Below, piece by piece: positions 1 through 12,731 of a stretch of DNA of 64,000 nt (positions within the stretch are counted from its first letter, which is position 1; each line of letters opens with the position of its first letter). Under the pieces are notes generated by a model. That model saw nothing but the letters and a program-made list of their open reading frames with translations. It was not told the origin of the DNA and did no database searches. Source of the DNA: Raillietiella orientalis (lineage: Eukaryota); NCBI GenBank assembly GCA_036172245.1, contig JAYWIR010000014.1:2852001-2916000 (forward strand), read 5' to 3'. The translations under genes were made by a program, and so were the position numbers.

Positions 1-99
1 GGCCTTTCCTGTTTCCCCCAAAGATATCAACTCACCGGAAACAAGGTGCTGCCTTTCAGCATTTTCATTCCACGACAACAAAAACAAGCCACGTAAGAT

Positions 100-2300
100 C
101 ACTTTAGACTTCCAAAATTTCAAATTGCACATCTTGTTGAGGGCGTTATGACGATGGATCGAAAGCGTTCCTTTGCGTGATCACAAAGGGCTCTTCCATT
201 AATTAGTTAAGACCCATTTCCCGTGCTCCGCAACACTTCAGAGCTCTGGAAAAGCCCGAGGGGAGATCACTTAAACGGAAGAACTCATTCTTGACGACTG
301 TCACGGGCACCCTGCACAGCTCAAATTGAGCTCTTCCTTCGAATCGTTCGCAGACCTAGTTTGTCTGCCTTTTGTTTTCTTTTCAACTCTGAAGTTTCAA
401 GGAGCATGAAAGAGTGGTGAATTCCTTTAGGATGTGAGATCCAACGCAGCTTTCAACCTTTTTCTTTTTCCTGCACCGTTTAGATTGCTGTTTGTGCTGT
501 GCACAAGGAATAAAAGGCTAAAAAGCCACTATGCTGTCAGAAGTCCACTTATACACAGTACAGTACGTCAGGTAAGAGCTTTGTAAAGTAGGGTAGGGAA
601 ACACTGCCATCCGAAGAAAAAAAAACCTGAGAGAGGGGCAGTAGAAAAATGCTTTAGATCTGGAAGCAAATAGCCCTGAGACCGCAAAACTGGCATGCAA
701 AGCTCATCGTGCCGAGAACTTTCCGTTCTATGTATACTTTGTAATCGGACTATGCCAAGAGTGTCATGAAAATCGAGGAAATTGCAAACATGTAATTTGA
801 TAAAAGATGTGCAAAGAGAAAAACACGTTTGCTCTTTACAGCATACACGAATTCCCAACATTTTTATATAATTTTCATTTCGCACCACCATTCAACATTA
901 GTTGTGAGATGACAAAAAATTGGGTTGCATTAGTGCAGCCTCAGAGAGACAACACTTGCACGTTGGGTGTTCACCTCCCCATGAGAATCCTTCTCCGTGT
1001 CTGTGCACACCCTCATATAATTTACCGACTCATCAAATCGGTTGCATGATGCAAAGGAAGAAAATGTTGAAGCATACGGAAGCCGAGAGAATCAAAGCAC
1101 GCTGAGAGAGATAGAGAGAAGAAAAAAATCAGCACCACAATACGATATTGCTTAAGAAACAGTTTTTTTTTTCCCCCTCTCTTCCGATTAAGTGTGTATG
1201 CACAATTGTCTCCATTCCCACTTCTAATCACAGATTTCCGTTTCGAGCCCATACGAGAGGAAAACCACTAAAGGTCGAATAGCCCACTAATTTTGCATAC
1301 ATTATCGTAATTTTAAAAAACACTTGAACAAGAAATTCAGAAAGTGCACTTTTACATCCGCATATTTACACAAGTACCACACATATTTGACCCTCTAAGC
1401 TAATAGTTGATGATCTCAAGGGACCCAGTCGACTAAATACCAATGACAAAAAAATATCCCAAAGTAACCTACCATAAAAATTTATAGCTATTGAAAGTAA
1501 TGTATTGCATCGATAGAATTATTGATACAATGCGTTTCTTCCTCGATAGAATTAGAGCTTCTCCCATTAAGAGAATGAAACGGTGTGCCTGCGTTCACTA
1601 TGGTTTCTAAGATTTTCATTCAAACTGTTGCCAAATTCTCATCTTAAACAAATTCCAGTTTTAGAATTTTCATTAACATATGGACTCAAATTTTCGAGTG
1701 AACTGCGTTTCTAGGATGAAGAAAACACATATACAGTTGGAACAACTTAAGAGCTCTAAAACTGGACAAATGAATAATGCTTTTTGTTTGAATCACCAAG
1801 ATACTATGGAAATCTAACTTTCCACCTTCTTTCTTCTTAGCATCTTTATTATCAGTTCAAGGCAAGTTTGAAAACTTAATTCAACTTCACTCTTTTCGAT
1901 GAGAGTGACACATTCATTACCGCACTTCATATAAACCCCAATACCTGATCAAATGAAGTTGATATTCCTTTCCCAAATGAAAACTATTGTGAATGGATTC
2001 CATGAGTTAGTTGACATGAAAAAGGATAATAAAACAAAAGCCAAAGCAAAATCGACTGGTTTGAAATTTTTTGAAACAAAACCAATTACAATGTTTCAAT
2101 TGGTTTCTAGTATTTACAAAATTTCTTGGACTTGGTATTTATGTGGCTTGTTTATCTGCGTATCCTCTCAAAGCTCAATTTTAATTGCTCTTCATGAGAT
2201 GTGTACCTTTTTGATATATAAATCGATGAACTTTTTCATCTCGCAATGGTTGCTCGCACTAAAAGCATCTGGCACTGATTCATCTTTTTTTTTCTTTTTT
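100..2300 (+). mobile_element. Very decayed, AT-drifted L1/Tx1-like ORF2 relic (endonuclease to RT)
   Basis: Degenerate motifs in the expected order: LVKTHF (LQETH-like, ~205), DDCHGH (D..GR), SGEF (GDFN, ~415), KGPSRL (PGPDGL, ~1420), SKIFIQTVAK (YKILSK.LA, ~1610), TIVNG (~1985). Judged by eye only. Confidence 0.4.
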
Positions 2301-3836
2301 TAATCGTTATGTCACTTTGAACTATGATGGTCTAAAGTGTATGTGGTCACCCCTGAAGTATCAGATTTGAAAAGGTTATAAGGTGATTGAGAATTTCTCC
2401 AAACACCAAAAAACATTTACTGGAATGCGTTGCTTTATGAATCTTGCATTTAAAAAAAAATTGAAAATAACACAATCAGAAAATTTGCGACTTTGCCCAC
2501 GCTCTTCAACAATTTACTTTTGAATTTTCCGAGGAACTCTTTCTTTCTGGGAAAAAGATTTGTGTTGGGAACAGGTTTTGGAAGTTCCACTCTTCTTAAA
2601 CACACCTTGTAAGAATGATTTTCAATATACTGATCTCTAAACTCAAGGGCTCGAGATTTGTTCCACATCCACAAATTAAATTGGAACAAATAAAGAATTT
2701 TTTAAAATAGCTGTCAACAAATGCTTCCAAACACTTGATGATAATGGTGTTATACATGCACTTTACTATATCATATTGCAGAGGCACACAACTTACTGGG
2801 CTGCAAAATGCTGTATTACCAAACTCAGACCAGCTTTATGGTGTGCAAGTAGGTTTATGAAAACATTAGACATTTGGTAAAAGTTATCTAACAAGTAAGA
2901 ATTTAAAGACAAGATTTCAACTGCACACACTATTCACACCACCACTAATTTGGGAAAATGCATTCAAAATATGTTTGCATTAATGATGAAACAAAAACCC
3001 ACAAGCTTACTCCATGCACTTCACATAAATGTACTTACAGGAGACAACTGATTCTCAAATAGTGTGGAAGAGGATAAAAATATCTCAACCCTAACTGCAT
3101 GTTTGAATGTGTTCATCATGTGAAGCACCATGTCCCCTGAAAGACCCTGTCCTTAAAAAGGAGATATCCTGCAGAAAAGCAAATTAGTGAAGTGTGTGCT
3201 TGGACTAGAGAGTGCTTTGAGAGTTCATTTAGTTACTACTAAATAAAATAACAATAGAGACCTAGAGTCAACATGCTGAGAGATGCACTGCTTTTATTAA
3301 AGGAGAGAAAAGATGACACTCATTTGAAAAAACCGATGCAAATAGTGATGCAATAAATATGTAATCCAGTTTGGGAAGGGATTGCACAAATGAAACATCC
3401 CAGAGACCTCAGTTTTACACTTACACTTTGTACCATTTTGGAACATTCATGCTACAAAAATCTGTTTGCTGTTTTTTCAAAGTAAGTATTTCTAATTATG
3501 TTGCATAAAAGTTCCCCAAGGAATAAAGCACGGAATAAAAACAATGAAACACACATACAATACCCATCTGTGTACAATGAATGATGATAAGAAAAAAATG
3601 TAACAATGAATCATACATTTCAATTCCTACAATACTGCATTTATGTCAAAGGGAAAATACAATAAAAATAATGAATGAGAAATGGATGATTCATTATAGA
3701 AAAAATAAAAATAGCATCATTTCCAGATCAACTTTGAAATCGTCTATGTTGATCCTTCAGTTTCTACTAGTGTACTCTTCATGGTAAGTAAAGAAATTTT
3801 CAGAAAATGCATCATAACTAAAAGAATCAGATTACC

Positions 3837-3842
3837 TTTATT
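3837..3842 (-). terminator. Candidate polyadenylation signal (AATAAA) for porcupine
   Basis: AATAAA on the minus strand about 410 nt after the stop codon; another lies at 3293-3298. The region is AT-rich, so chance occurrence is possible. Confidence 0.35.
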
Positions 3843-4254
3843 GATCACAAATGTGAAAACTGTACAAACTGTGATGCATACTATCATGCCCCACACTATT
3901 GTACTCCGAATTATTAATAGTACAAACACCACACTTTCCCCAAATACAAAAATATTGCACTAAAGTACAGGGTTGTTTTAAAAATACATCTAATGACATT
4001 TCAATTGTATCTTGGACATGTGAATCACATAACCAAACTCTGTGATGAACATGAAACCAATAAAAATTCCTCTGAAATATCCATGAAGCAATTAGCAAAT
4101 ACTGGGTCACAAACAGTTTTTTGAATCACTGAACTCTTGTTTTGAGTGCATGGACCATTTTATGATGAATAGTTCCTTTAGCCACCATAGTCCTACATTT
4201 ACATTATTACTAAGAAGTCTTTTGATTACAAAATTTTGTTTGAAGTATGAGATT

Positions 4255-5359
4255 TTATATGAGGATATAGAATAAATAAGTTGCTATCACCACCCAATGA
4301 CTAGCAAAGTTTAAAATACTCCATTTGTTGATTGTGTGCTGCATGGTGTATCCCCGTTCTTGTATATTAGAAGTATCAAACATAACTCCTAGATATGCAA
4401 GATGAAACATGGCCATCAAACTAAAACCAAAATTAACTAGCCAAACCCAATAATGTTGCTTTAGGAACTGATGTCCACAATTCTTAGGACATGGTCGAGC
4501 TTCAAGACAGGCATCAAATATGTTTGCTAATTTACTACGCAGTTTATATTCCACATAAGTGTAGAAGGCCAATGAAAGCAATACAGATGCAAGCTGGAAA
4601 TTGATGCCATGTAGAAGTGAGCTGACAGCATATGTGCAAACAATGGCATAAAATGCTCCCCAGCTGATCACTCTTTTAAACACATACACTTTCAGCCAGA
4701 AATGCATTGGCTGATTCCACCATATAACAATCTCAACCAGGGAATGAGGTAACTCTATAGTCCATGGATTGGTTATAAGTGGACACATTATTCCTGACAG
4801 CTCACAAGCAGCCTGTGCTGCAAAACAAACAAAATAATGACTGCAACGAAAAGCCAGTGCTTCTCGATATGCCAGCATCCACCTGCCATAAGATATCAAG
4901 TTTGACAAAAGTTTGTTTAATTCTAATGCTCACTTTCCCCAGCTTCCAGGGATAAATACTTGCAACCAGCAGTTGGAAACTGTGAGAAACAGCAATGATA
5001 GCAACATAAAAGCAAAACACTTTGGCAGACTTTTCCATAATGACTAGAAAAGCCCAATGCACTAAGACTGAACAGATACCAGTTACCTGACAAGGGCCAC
5101 AAACAAGCTGCTGATAATCAGCATATTTGTACCATGGACCAAAAATCACTGATGCTGGAAATAACACATAGCCCAGAAACTCCTGCAGTCTTAACTGTTC
5201 ACCATCCAAAACAACTGAGATAATGCGCATTGCAATTAGCATCTGTACTCCTCTTATCATATGCCATTCTTTGGAAGGAACCAAAAATACTTCACTGGGA
5301 TATTAAAATTAGTAATCTGATTCAATATATATATACATATACATACATACATACATACA

Positions 5360-5411
<52 letters not shown>

Positions 5412-6092
5412 AGACTAATCAAATTACAAAAAAAAAACTAATAAATTTACAAACCAGCAAAGTATTCAAAATACGAGGCATGAACAATCAAAATGAACAA
5501 ACAATATACAATGGACAGGTACAGTGAACAATGAAATAACAGTTCTGAATTAAATCTCCACATTGTTTACGCTACAATCATCATGCATCAAATGGAGTTT
5601 ACCAGAACCATAAACAAAAAGTGATAAATGCTGTACCTACCAAACTATGAGGTACCCCAAAGATGCTAACACAACTGATGCATTCTTAAACTGTGGCATA
5701 AATCTTAATGAAATCTGAATGGTCAAGAAACAAACAAATACAAATACATAAACATGCAAAGATTGGATACCAAAAAATTGATACGTAATTGCTATTCCAA
5801 AACATGCTGATACTGAATGTATAACTTCCGCTCTATGGAATGCTGAGAGACAAACGTTATAACTCACAAAATATCATATACCTGAATTTATAAGAATACG
5901 GAAACAGAAACAAATGAACAAAATTTGCCCGATCTGGCTCGATCCACTTTTCAGTGATGGAAATACACATGTATCTAAAGTCTCCTCAAGTCGAGTTTTC
6001 AAATCTGCTGTGAAATCACTAGTGTATTCTTCATCATAATCCAAAACATCCATGTAGTAATCTTCATCACTGGAGTAGTCGAAGTAATCCAT
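4255..6092 (-). CDS. porcn: Protein-serine O-palmitoleoyltransferase porcupine (MBOAT family Wnt acyltransferase), complete 5-exon gene, 452 aa
   Basis: Exons 6092-5882, 5842-5641, 5294-5087, 5043-4934 and 4882-4255 are joined by GT-AG introns with consistent phases (1,2,0,2), giving 1359 nt. The protein has porcupine motifs WHMIRGVQMLIAMR, FGPW, WMLAYREALAFRCSHYF, ELPHSLVEIVIWWNQPMHFWLK, SSLLHG (catalytic His codon 4609-4611) and FHLAYLG. Confidence 0.95.
5325..5411. repeat. Compound (TA)n/(CATA)n microsatellite in porcupine intron 2
   Basis: Directly visible tandem repeats. Confidence 0.95.
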
Positions 6093-6219
6093 GATTGCAA
6101 CTTTCTTGATCTTCAACTCTGCTTAACCAAAAGTACATACGAGACTGAAAAAATCCTGAATCTGCAAATCAGACATCCTAAAATCCAATACAAAATTAAT
6201 ATCTATTTTCTGCAGACCA

Positions 6220-9200
6220 TTCACGATATTCTATAATTTCCTTTACTAATTCGATATCTAAAAGTGTCCAACGTGGGAATGCCATGGAGAAAATAATAGT
6301 TCATCTTCAATATTTCTTGAAGGTCATTCAACATTTCAAACCTGTGTGCATTAATTGAGAGGAGCGCCAAATTTACTACGTCATTTGAGGAATACACTCC
6401 GCGCTCACGTGCCGTACGCAAAATATACACTTCCCTTCATACAAATGTGCATTGTGAGATCGGAGTCTTTGATTCCGGGTCGTTGTTTGGGATCTACAAA
6501 ACAGGTCCGAGTGAAAATTAGGGAGATGAAGAAATACCAAGATACCATGAAATTCCAAAACTCAGTCGAGTGAATACAACAGAAAAACATCGGAAATTAA
6601 AAAAAGAAAAAAAAAGAAGAGCAGGAACTATTCAATGTTTCAGAACAGAAGTAGAGTGAAGCATTTTAAAATCCAAGTATGCAATATCACAATGCATACC
6701 TGATGTAGTAATGGGAAGAACTCGAAACTGCAGATTTCAGTATGGTTATTAAATAAAGTGAGCAGTTGCATTTTTCCATTTGCTGCTCTGTTATACCAGA
6801 GTACACACTGAATAACTGTTTGCAAAACAACGAAGCATAAATAAAATCGGCTGCAATCTATGTAATGAGAGTAACTGATAATTGTTGAATTAAATCATCA
6901 CTGAGAAAAAAATAAAGATCTGATATTATAGTTGCTCCACACTTTCCAAGTAGATGTAAGATATACTGGCATACAATAAAAATATTGCATAGGGCAGTTT
7001 CCTAGGGCAATAACAAAACGGGATTCTGGAAGTAATTCTTTGAATAAGTGTGTGAAATATCTTATATGAAAACTTATCTAAAAAAAGGAGTGGCTGGTCT
7101 GTTAAAATATTCTATGTGAAACAAGCAAAGATTTCAAAACAATCATTCTGAGAAGCAAATTTTCTTTAGAAATGAGGATACAATTGGAATGAAAAAATTT
7201 CAAAAATTCCGTTTTTTATCCGCTACAAAATTCGAGGTGATTTTTCTGTATTAAATTTTGGACACGTCTGAGTTCATTTCTTCATGTTTTTTTTAATAAG
7301 TAAAAATATTAATGAATGAGCCATTCATATATGATTCTACAATATTCTACATTCTCATCAAATTTGTAAACCATCTCGTATGTTTCTTTGGTTCTGGTTA
7401 AGTTTCGGCAAACAGACTGACTGCTCTTTGTACAAAATACATAGGGAACAACTGTCTTAGATTACGACATTCCCCCCCAATAAGATTGCATATTAAGGAG
7501 ACTATAGTCATTCATGTAACTACAAGTATTTCTACTGAAGTTTCATAGTTGAGAATGATTCTGAACTGAATTTGTTTCTTGATAGATTTATTGATCATTT
7601 TCCACTGAAAATCGCAACTATGGATCGAAGAAGATAAATAAAGACGGAATTGAGCTTCAAAGTTGCAGAGGATAAAAATACAGATCTGATAAATATATTT
7701 ATTATATCTGTATTTCTATCAGATCTGTATTTCTAATCACCATTGTGTTTCTAATCATTATAAAATATGTAAAAAATATCATAAACCCTGATAGTAAAAA
7801 AAAAAACAGTTTTTGAGCATACAGATATTTACTTTCCATGCTACAGCCCGTTCGTGAAAAAAAAAAAAACTTTTCCCACAAATATGAGTTTAGACTTTTA
7901 CTAATATTACGAAGCATAGAGTTTTCAGAAGAGTTTCCTTCATTCAAATTTGATTTCAGCTTTCCTTTCCAAGTAACAATTTAGAGAATACAATTTTCTA
8001 CATACGATTATTGCAATCTAATTACTAGTACAGTTTTAAGGAATTATAAACACGTTTGCTTGTTCCATATTTGCTAGCAGTTTCCACTGATTTGTAAAAC
8101 CAGCTGAAAACCTTTGTTCTCCGTTTTTTCAAATTTCACTTTTTCCCCTTAACTTTCCATCTTTCATTAGTGACTTGCTGATTATGAAGCCAAGTAAATA
8201 AAAATTACTTGGGATCTCAAAGCACAGGATGCAAGGAGTTCAAGGATTTTTTTAGATGATTTTTTTTCAATTTATAATACGATTTCTAATGAAGTGTGAG
8301 TAAGCATGTAATCCTCTGTAATACCATTGCAAGTGCTTTTACTAAGTACTATATTTTATTGAACATACTTTAACTCAAAGATACTGGGGACCGTTGGAGA
8401 TTCGATTTTTGATTGCAATAAATTTTATCACTGGAACACTGCTTTCTTCATCTTGAGCACCATCTCGTTTGTTTGCACTTTGTTTGCATTTATTTAAAAT
8501 TCATATTTAGGAGAAATATTTTCCATTAATAAGGGAGGTATCACCAAAATATTCATGTGATGCTCCATCAGGCCGAAATGTAACGAAATGTTCATGTCGT
8601 GGACCAGTATTTTCTTTTTCACTCCACTTCATATCGAAACCTGATAGCTGGTTAAGCCACACGCAATTAAATTTGAAATTTTCCTCTTTCATGAGTCTTT
8701 TTCTCGCTTCATCACAGGCAGTAGATCTCGTCTGCTAATTATCCGTGTGTATGCTCGTGGTAAAGCCACCAAAATTCGAAATCCAAGAGAAGGCACGTGT
8801 GTTTCCTGACTTCTGGCAGATGACTTCTTGAATGCTGCCACGCCTTCTCCACACCAATGTCTTCGCCAACTTGCCAAGTCGCGGCTCTCTTTGGTTATTG
8901 AGACTTAATGCAAATCAAATCAAACCGATTACGCAGATTCTTGCTGCGTGTGCTTTTTTTTTTTTTTTTTTTTTTAATGAAAATGAACGTACAAATCTTC
9001 CGACATGCGAGCATTTCTTTTGATCTTTGAAAACGACTTTACGTTTCCTGTCCCAGAATTGGGGCAGAAAGCTCAATCTGCATTCGATAATGCCATGTTG
9101 CTGAGTGTGTACACAACTGGAAAATGCATTCGGTGGCCTTATTCCACAGGCAATCTGTTTTTCTGAACTTTGGCACGCCGCAGATGATCAGTGACCACGA

Positions 9201-9430
9201 GAAAATGCAATGATTTCGAATGAGAACGACCTTTAGCGTGTTTCCCCAAATTAGTTCCGTAGATGTAAGAGTATTTCCAGTTGACAGAATCGAAATGTAT
9301 TCATTGGAATGCGGAACACAAAATGAGCATACAAATCGAACTTCAGTCTCCAGCAAATCACTAATGTAATTCGGCATCTCTTCAACTTTCGGTTTACTGA
9401 TGCACGCCGTCCCACATCCAGCCATGCTCT
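6220..9430 (-). mobile_element. Decayed, AT-drifted L1/Tx1-like ORF2 relic ending just upstream of porcupine
   Basis: ORF 9039-9425 reads like an APE endonuclease: GCGTACISK (GVAILIK), ETEVRFV (D.EGRF), LIICGVP (IICGDFN). It is followed by EPRLG (SRLD), SGNTRA (SDHRA), FKFNCVWL (WKFN..L, ~8670), RNLRQLFP (RG.RQGCP, ~7455) and DPKQRPGIKDSDL (PK..GGLG..DL, ~6480). Confidence 0.5.
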
Positions 9431-9899
9431 AACAGCTGTTATTACGTCGAGATTGCTTGTTGTCCCTTTTTTCCTTCTCTCCGTTTGGTTTAAAAAAATG
9501 ATACTTTTTAAATGGCAGGCAGGGGTGAGTCAGTGAGCTGTTGTTTGTGAGCAGACAATTCCGTGTGGGTCCAGATTTTTTCATTGCTTCTCTGACATAG
9601 GTGAGCTGCGCTCACCCCAACCACTACCTTGTTGTTTTAGAAACGTGTTGGTGTTTCCGTGGAAAAGAAATTCAATTTTCATTTTTATTTGACAAAGATC
9701 TTTGACACTGATTTGCCTCCAGGAAGAAGGGGGAACCCAAGACAGATTTCGTTTAGCCGGAAGGAAAGAAACCCCTTTCGGAGCATGTTGTCTTCTGTTT
9801 GTGATTAAATTCCTCTTTCGTTCTGAATCACGGATTCACAGTCGAATCAACCAAAAGAAACAAACAAAAACCAGAATTTCCGTCCTCGAGCCAATCGGA

Positions 9900-10900
9900 G
9901 CCAAACCAGCGTGATTTTGCAATAGCCAAAGGCTGCTGGTGGAGGAGAAGAGAATATCTAGAGTGCACATTTCCAAGCAGCAAGCCCTACGATTTTCAGA
10001 CAGGCCTGATAAACAAATGCATGTTCAGCTTTCCCAAACCAGCTGACTTTGTTATTGGGAACAGAAAGTCCGTCGATGCTAATAGTTGTGTGTGTGTTTG
10101 TCTTAGGAATTCAGGATTCAAGAATCGTTTATTGCAGCAATAAGAAATTTGGATAGGACTTCTGTGCTCGTCTCGCAGGTGAATCATTCGAACGGGGTGC
10201 ATCGGTAGACTGGATGTTGCCTTCTCTCTTTTAGTGTGTGTGTGAGTATGTGCCTGCGAAAAAAGCCATGAAACCACCATAGTGCTCCTTCTAACTAACG
10301 GGGAATCTAATGCAAATGTGAGTGATCACCATGAAAAAAAGAAACCGACGCAACAAGGAAGGCTCGGGTCAAAATGTCGTCGTCGGAATGCAAAAGAGTG
10401 GCAGTGTTGATTTCAAGATCACTGAAGCTGAGGAAGATTGCCTGCAGAGACTAAGAATGGAAATAAGGATGGAAATAGGGATGCTTTGGATGGATTGTAG
10501 ATGGAGATGAATGGGTGGAAGATTTCGTGGGAGTAGAGAATGGAATCTAGGAGTAAGGAAAATACTGAAACTGACGGAATATTTACACAGGAAGCTCTGG
10601 AGAATGATTAAAGAAGGAAATCCTGCTAAAATGCAGTGGGACTGTAGGTGATTCCAGGATATCATACAATAAACTCAGAATAGGGTTGGCTCACTGTGAG
10701 CTAACATGGCTTTTGAAGTGGATGTCGAATGACGTCGAAACCGGGGAAACAATATCTCATGGCTCTATTGAATTGCTTTTTCACTCAATTTCTTGCTTTA
10801 TGAATAGAAAAGAAGACGCTTCTGCCTTAACGGCATGGACAGCTCTCAACCAAACCTTCCATCCTCAATGAGCTTAGAAATGCTGCTGTTATTCTGTGAT
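9900..10900 (+). mobile_element. Possible 3' fragment of a LINE ORF2
   Basis: KAAGGG (K..GGLG-like, ~9935) and ETGETISH (CCHC finger ET..H-like, ~10745). Weak. Confidence 0.25.
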
Positions 10901-12700
10901 GAAGGCGAGAAATCAACACGAGTGGAATTCACTGAGAAACAAATCTGGGAGATAAGAAACCTCGGCATTGTCAGTTCGACACAAAAGAATCCATCAAGCA
11001 ATTTTAAAGATAATGACTACAGCAGAAGAAGACGTTACGTTTAATTATCAGTTTGGAAATGCCCCATTAAAGTTCCCGTTTAAAAGTTCCAGATACTACT
11101 ATTAGCGAACCATCTAGTGACAGGCTGTGCAACCAATACATACAATGTTTACCGCCTACCGTCGTACCCCTACGCGTAGAGACAACTTTTAAAGGAGCCA
11201 TAAGTCAATTCATCCAGTGCCTGCGATTTGCATCCCACGCAGTCTCATTTGACGTCTCCACGTGTGGATGATTCGGAGGATAATGTCTCGTAAAGAGAGA
11301 GATTTCGTTTTTGCCAGCAGAGATTTGGTTTCCAGAAGTGAGATTGGTTGGCTGCACTGTTTCCAAAATTACCAGGTTTTCTTTCTTCTTCCCGAAAACC
11401 GTTCTTCTTTGAGTTCACTTGTTTGCATCCATGATGCCGAACGATAAAATATAGCGACTACACCTTCACCTGCATGACGAAATGACTTATCTGCATCTCA
11501 CTCTTACTCCTTTTGAACCGAGGCATCGTTTTTCCTTCTTCTTCTTTCTTCCTAGATAACTGGAATCTCATCACAGCCTCAATAGGGTTCGGCAGAGATG
11601 GGGCGCTTTTTGTGGTGGTGGTGGTGCTTGCTTAGAGGCGGTTCGAAGAGCTTCTTCAGACACTGTAATTCTGAGGTGTCAGAGAAGAGTTGCTCGGTTT
11701 CGTTACGATGGATCGATGCGTTTGTGTTGGGGGCATTGATTGGATTTTTCTGTTTTACCGTGAGGTTTGCGAGCGGCAATGGTCAACGAATAGATCGATC
11801 AAGAATGAGTTCGTGAGGGAGCATCGGCATGGCTATTAGGAGAGTATTTTCCGAGTGTGGTGGGAGATGATTTGCCCTCTTTACTATGCATGTGCGACTT
11901 CCGTAAATGTTTCATTTGATTCAATTAAAAATTGATCCTGATATACATCGTATTATACGAATGTATTTGCTTAATTGTTATCTAATTAGATATGTTTGTG
12001 TTGCACCCTGGAGTTTCGTGTAACATTTGTACTGCTCTCTTGAGAAGAAAAATCCAGACATGCTGCAGTTTAGGAATCAATGCGTGTGATATTAATACAT
12101 CAAAGTAGGTACTTTACACTGCAGTATGTATATGCAGCGAACGTCTGCTTTGCAAGTCGAAAAAAAAGTGAACGGAGCAGGAAACGACGGGGATCGTTTT
12201 TTCTGAGAGTGCATGCACGTGAGGCAGTGTCTTCGGAATAAGCCGAAGTAACGAGTTTTCTGTGTCTAATTGAAAAGTGACGAGGGATAAGTGGTAGGAA
12301 ATGTGCGGAGGCGATTCTCCTCTTCTTCTCTGGAGAATCCGCGCTAGGATTCAATTTTGCTCCCGATCCCCCCTTTTGCTCTCTGCAGTTTTTTTTTTAA
12401 GCGTTGTTTGCTCACGACTTCGCTCACAGAAAGCATCATGGATGCGTTTGCCTTGCCGCAGAGTGAAAACAAATAAACAACAGCAAAGGGACAGAAGGGA
12501 AACGAAGAGAAAGAAAGGAAAAAAAACCTCGCTTTCTCCCTTGACAAAATTGGCATTCGCGAAAACCTGGTGGGGAGCAGAAGAATTCGCAGCCACCGAC
12601 TCTTTTCGGTCTTCCTCGATTCTCCATGGAAGCGCAGCCCGAGAAGCTCACGCCGGGGATCTCAGCACATCCGCGTTTCCCGCGCATCCGTTCCTCATGG

Positions 12701-12731
<31 letters not shown>

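Noticed and set aside
8507..9425. Small host gene built from ORFs 9039-9425 and 8507-8692
   Set aside because: The peptides match degenerate APE endonuclease and WKFN linker motifs of a LINE relic
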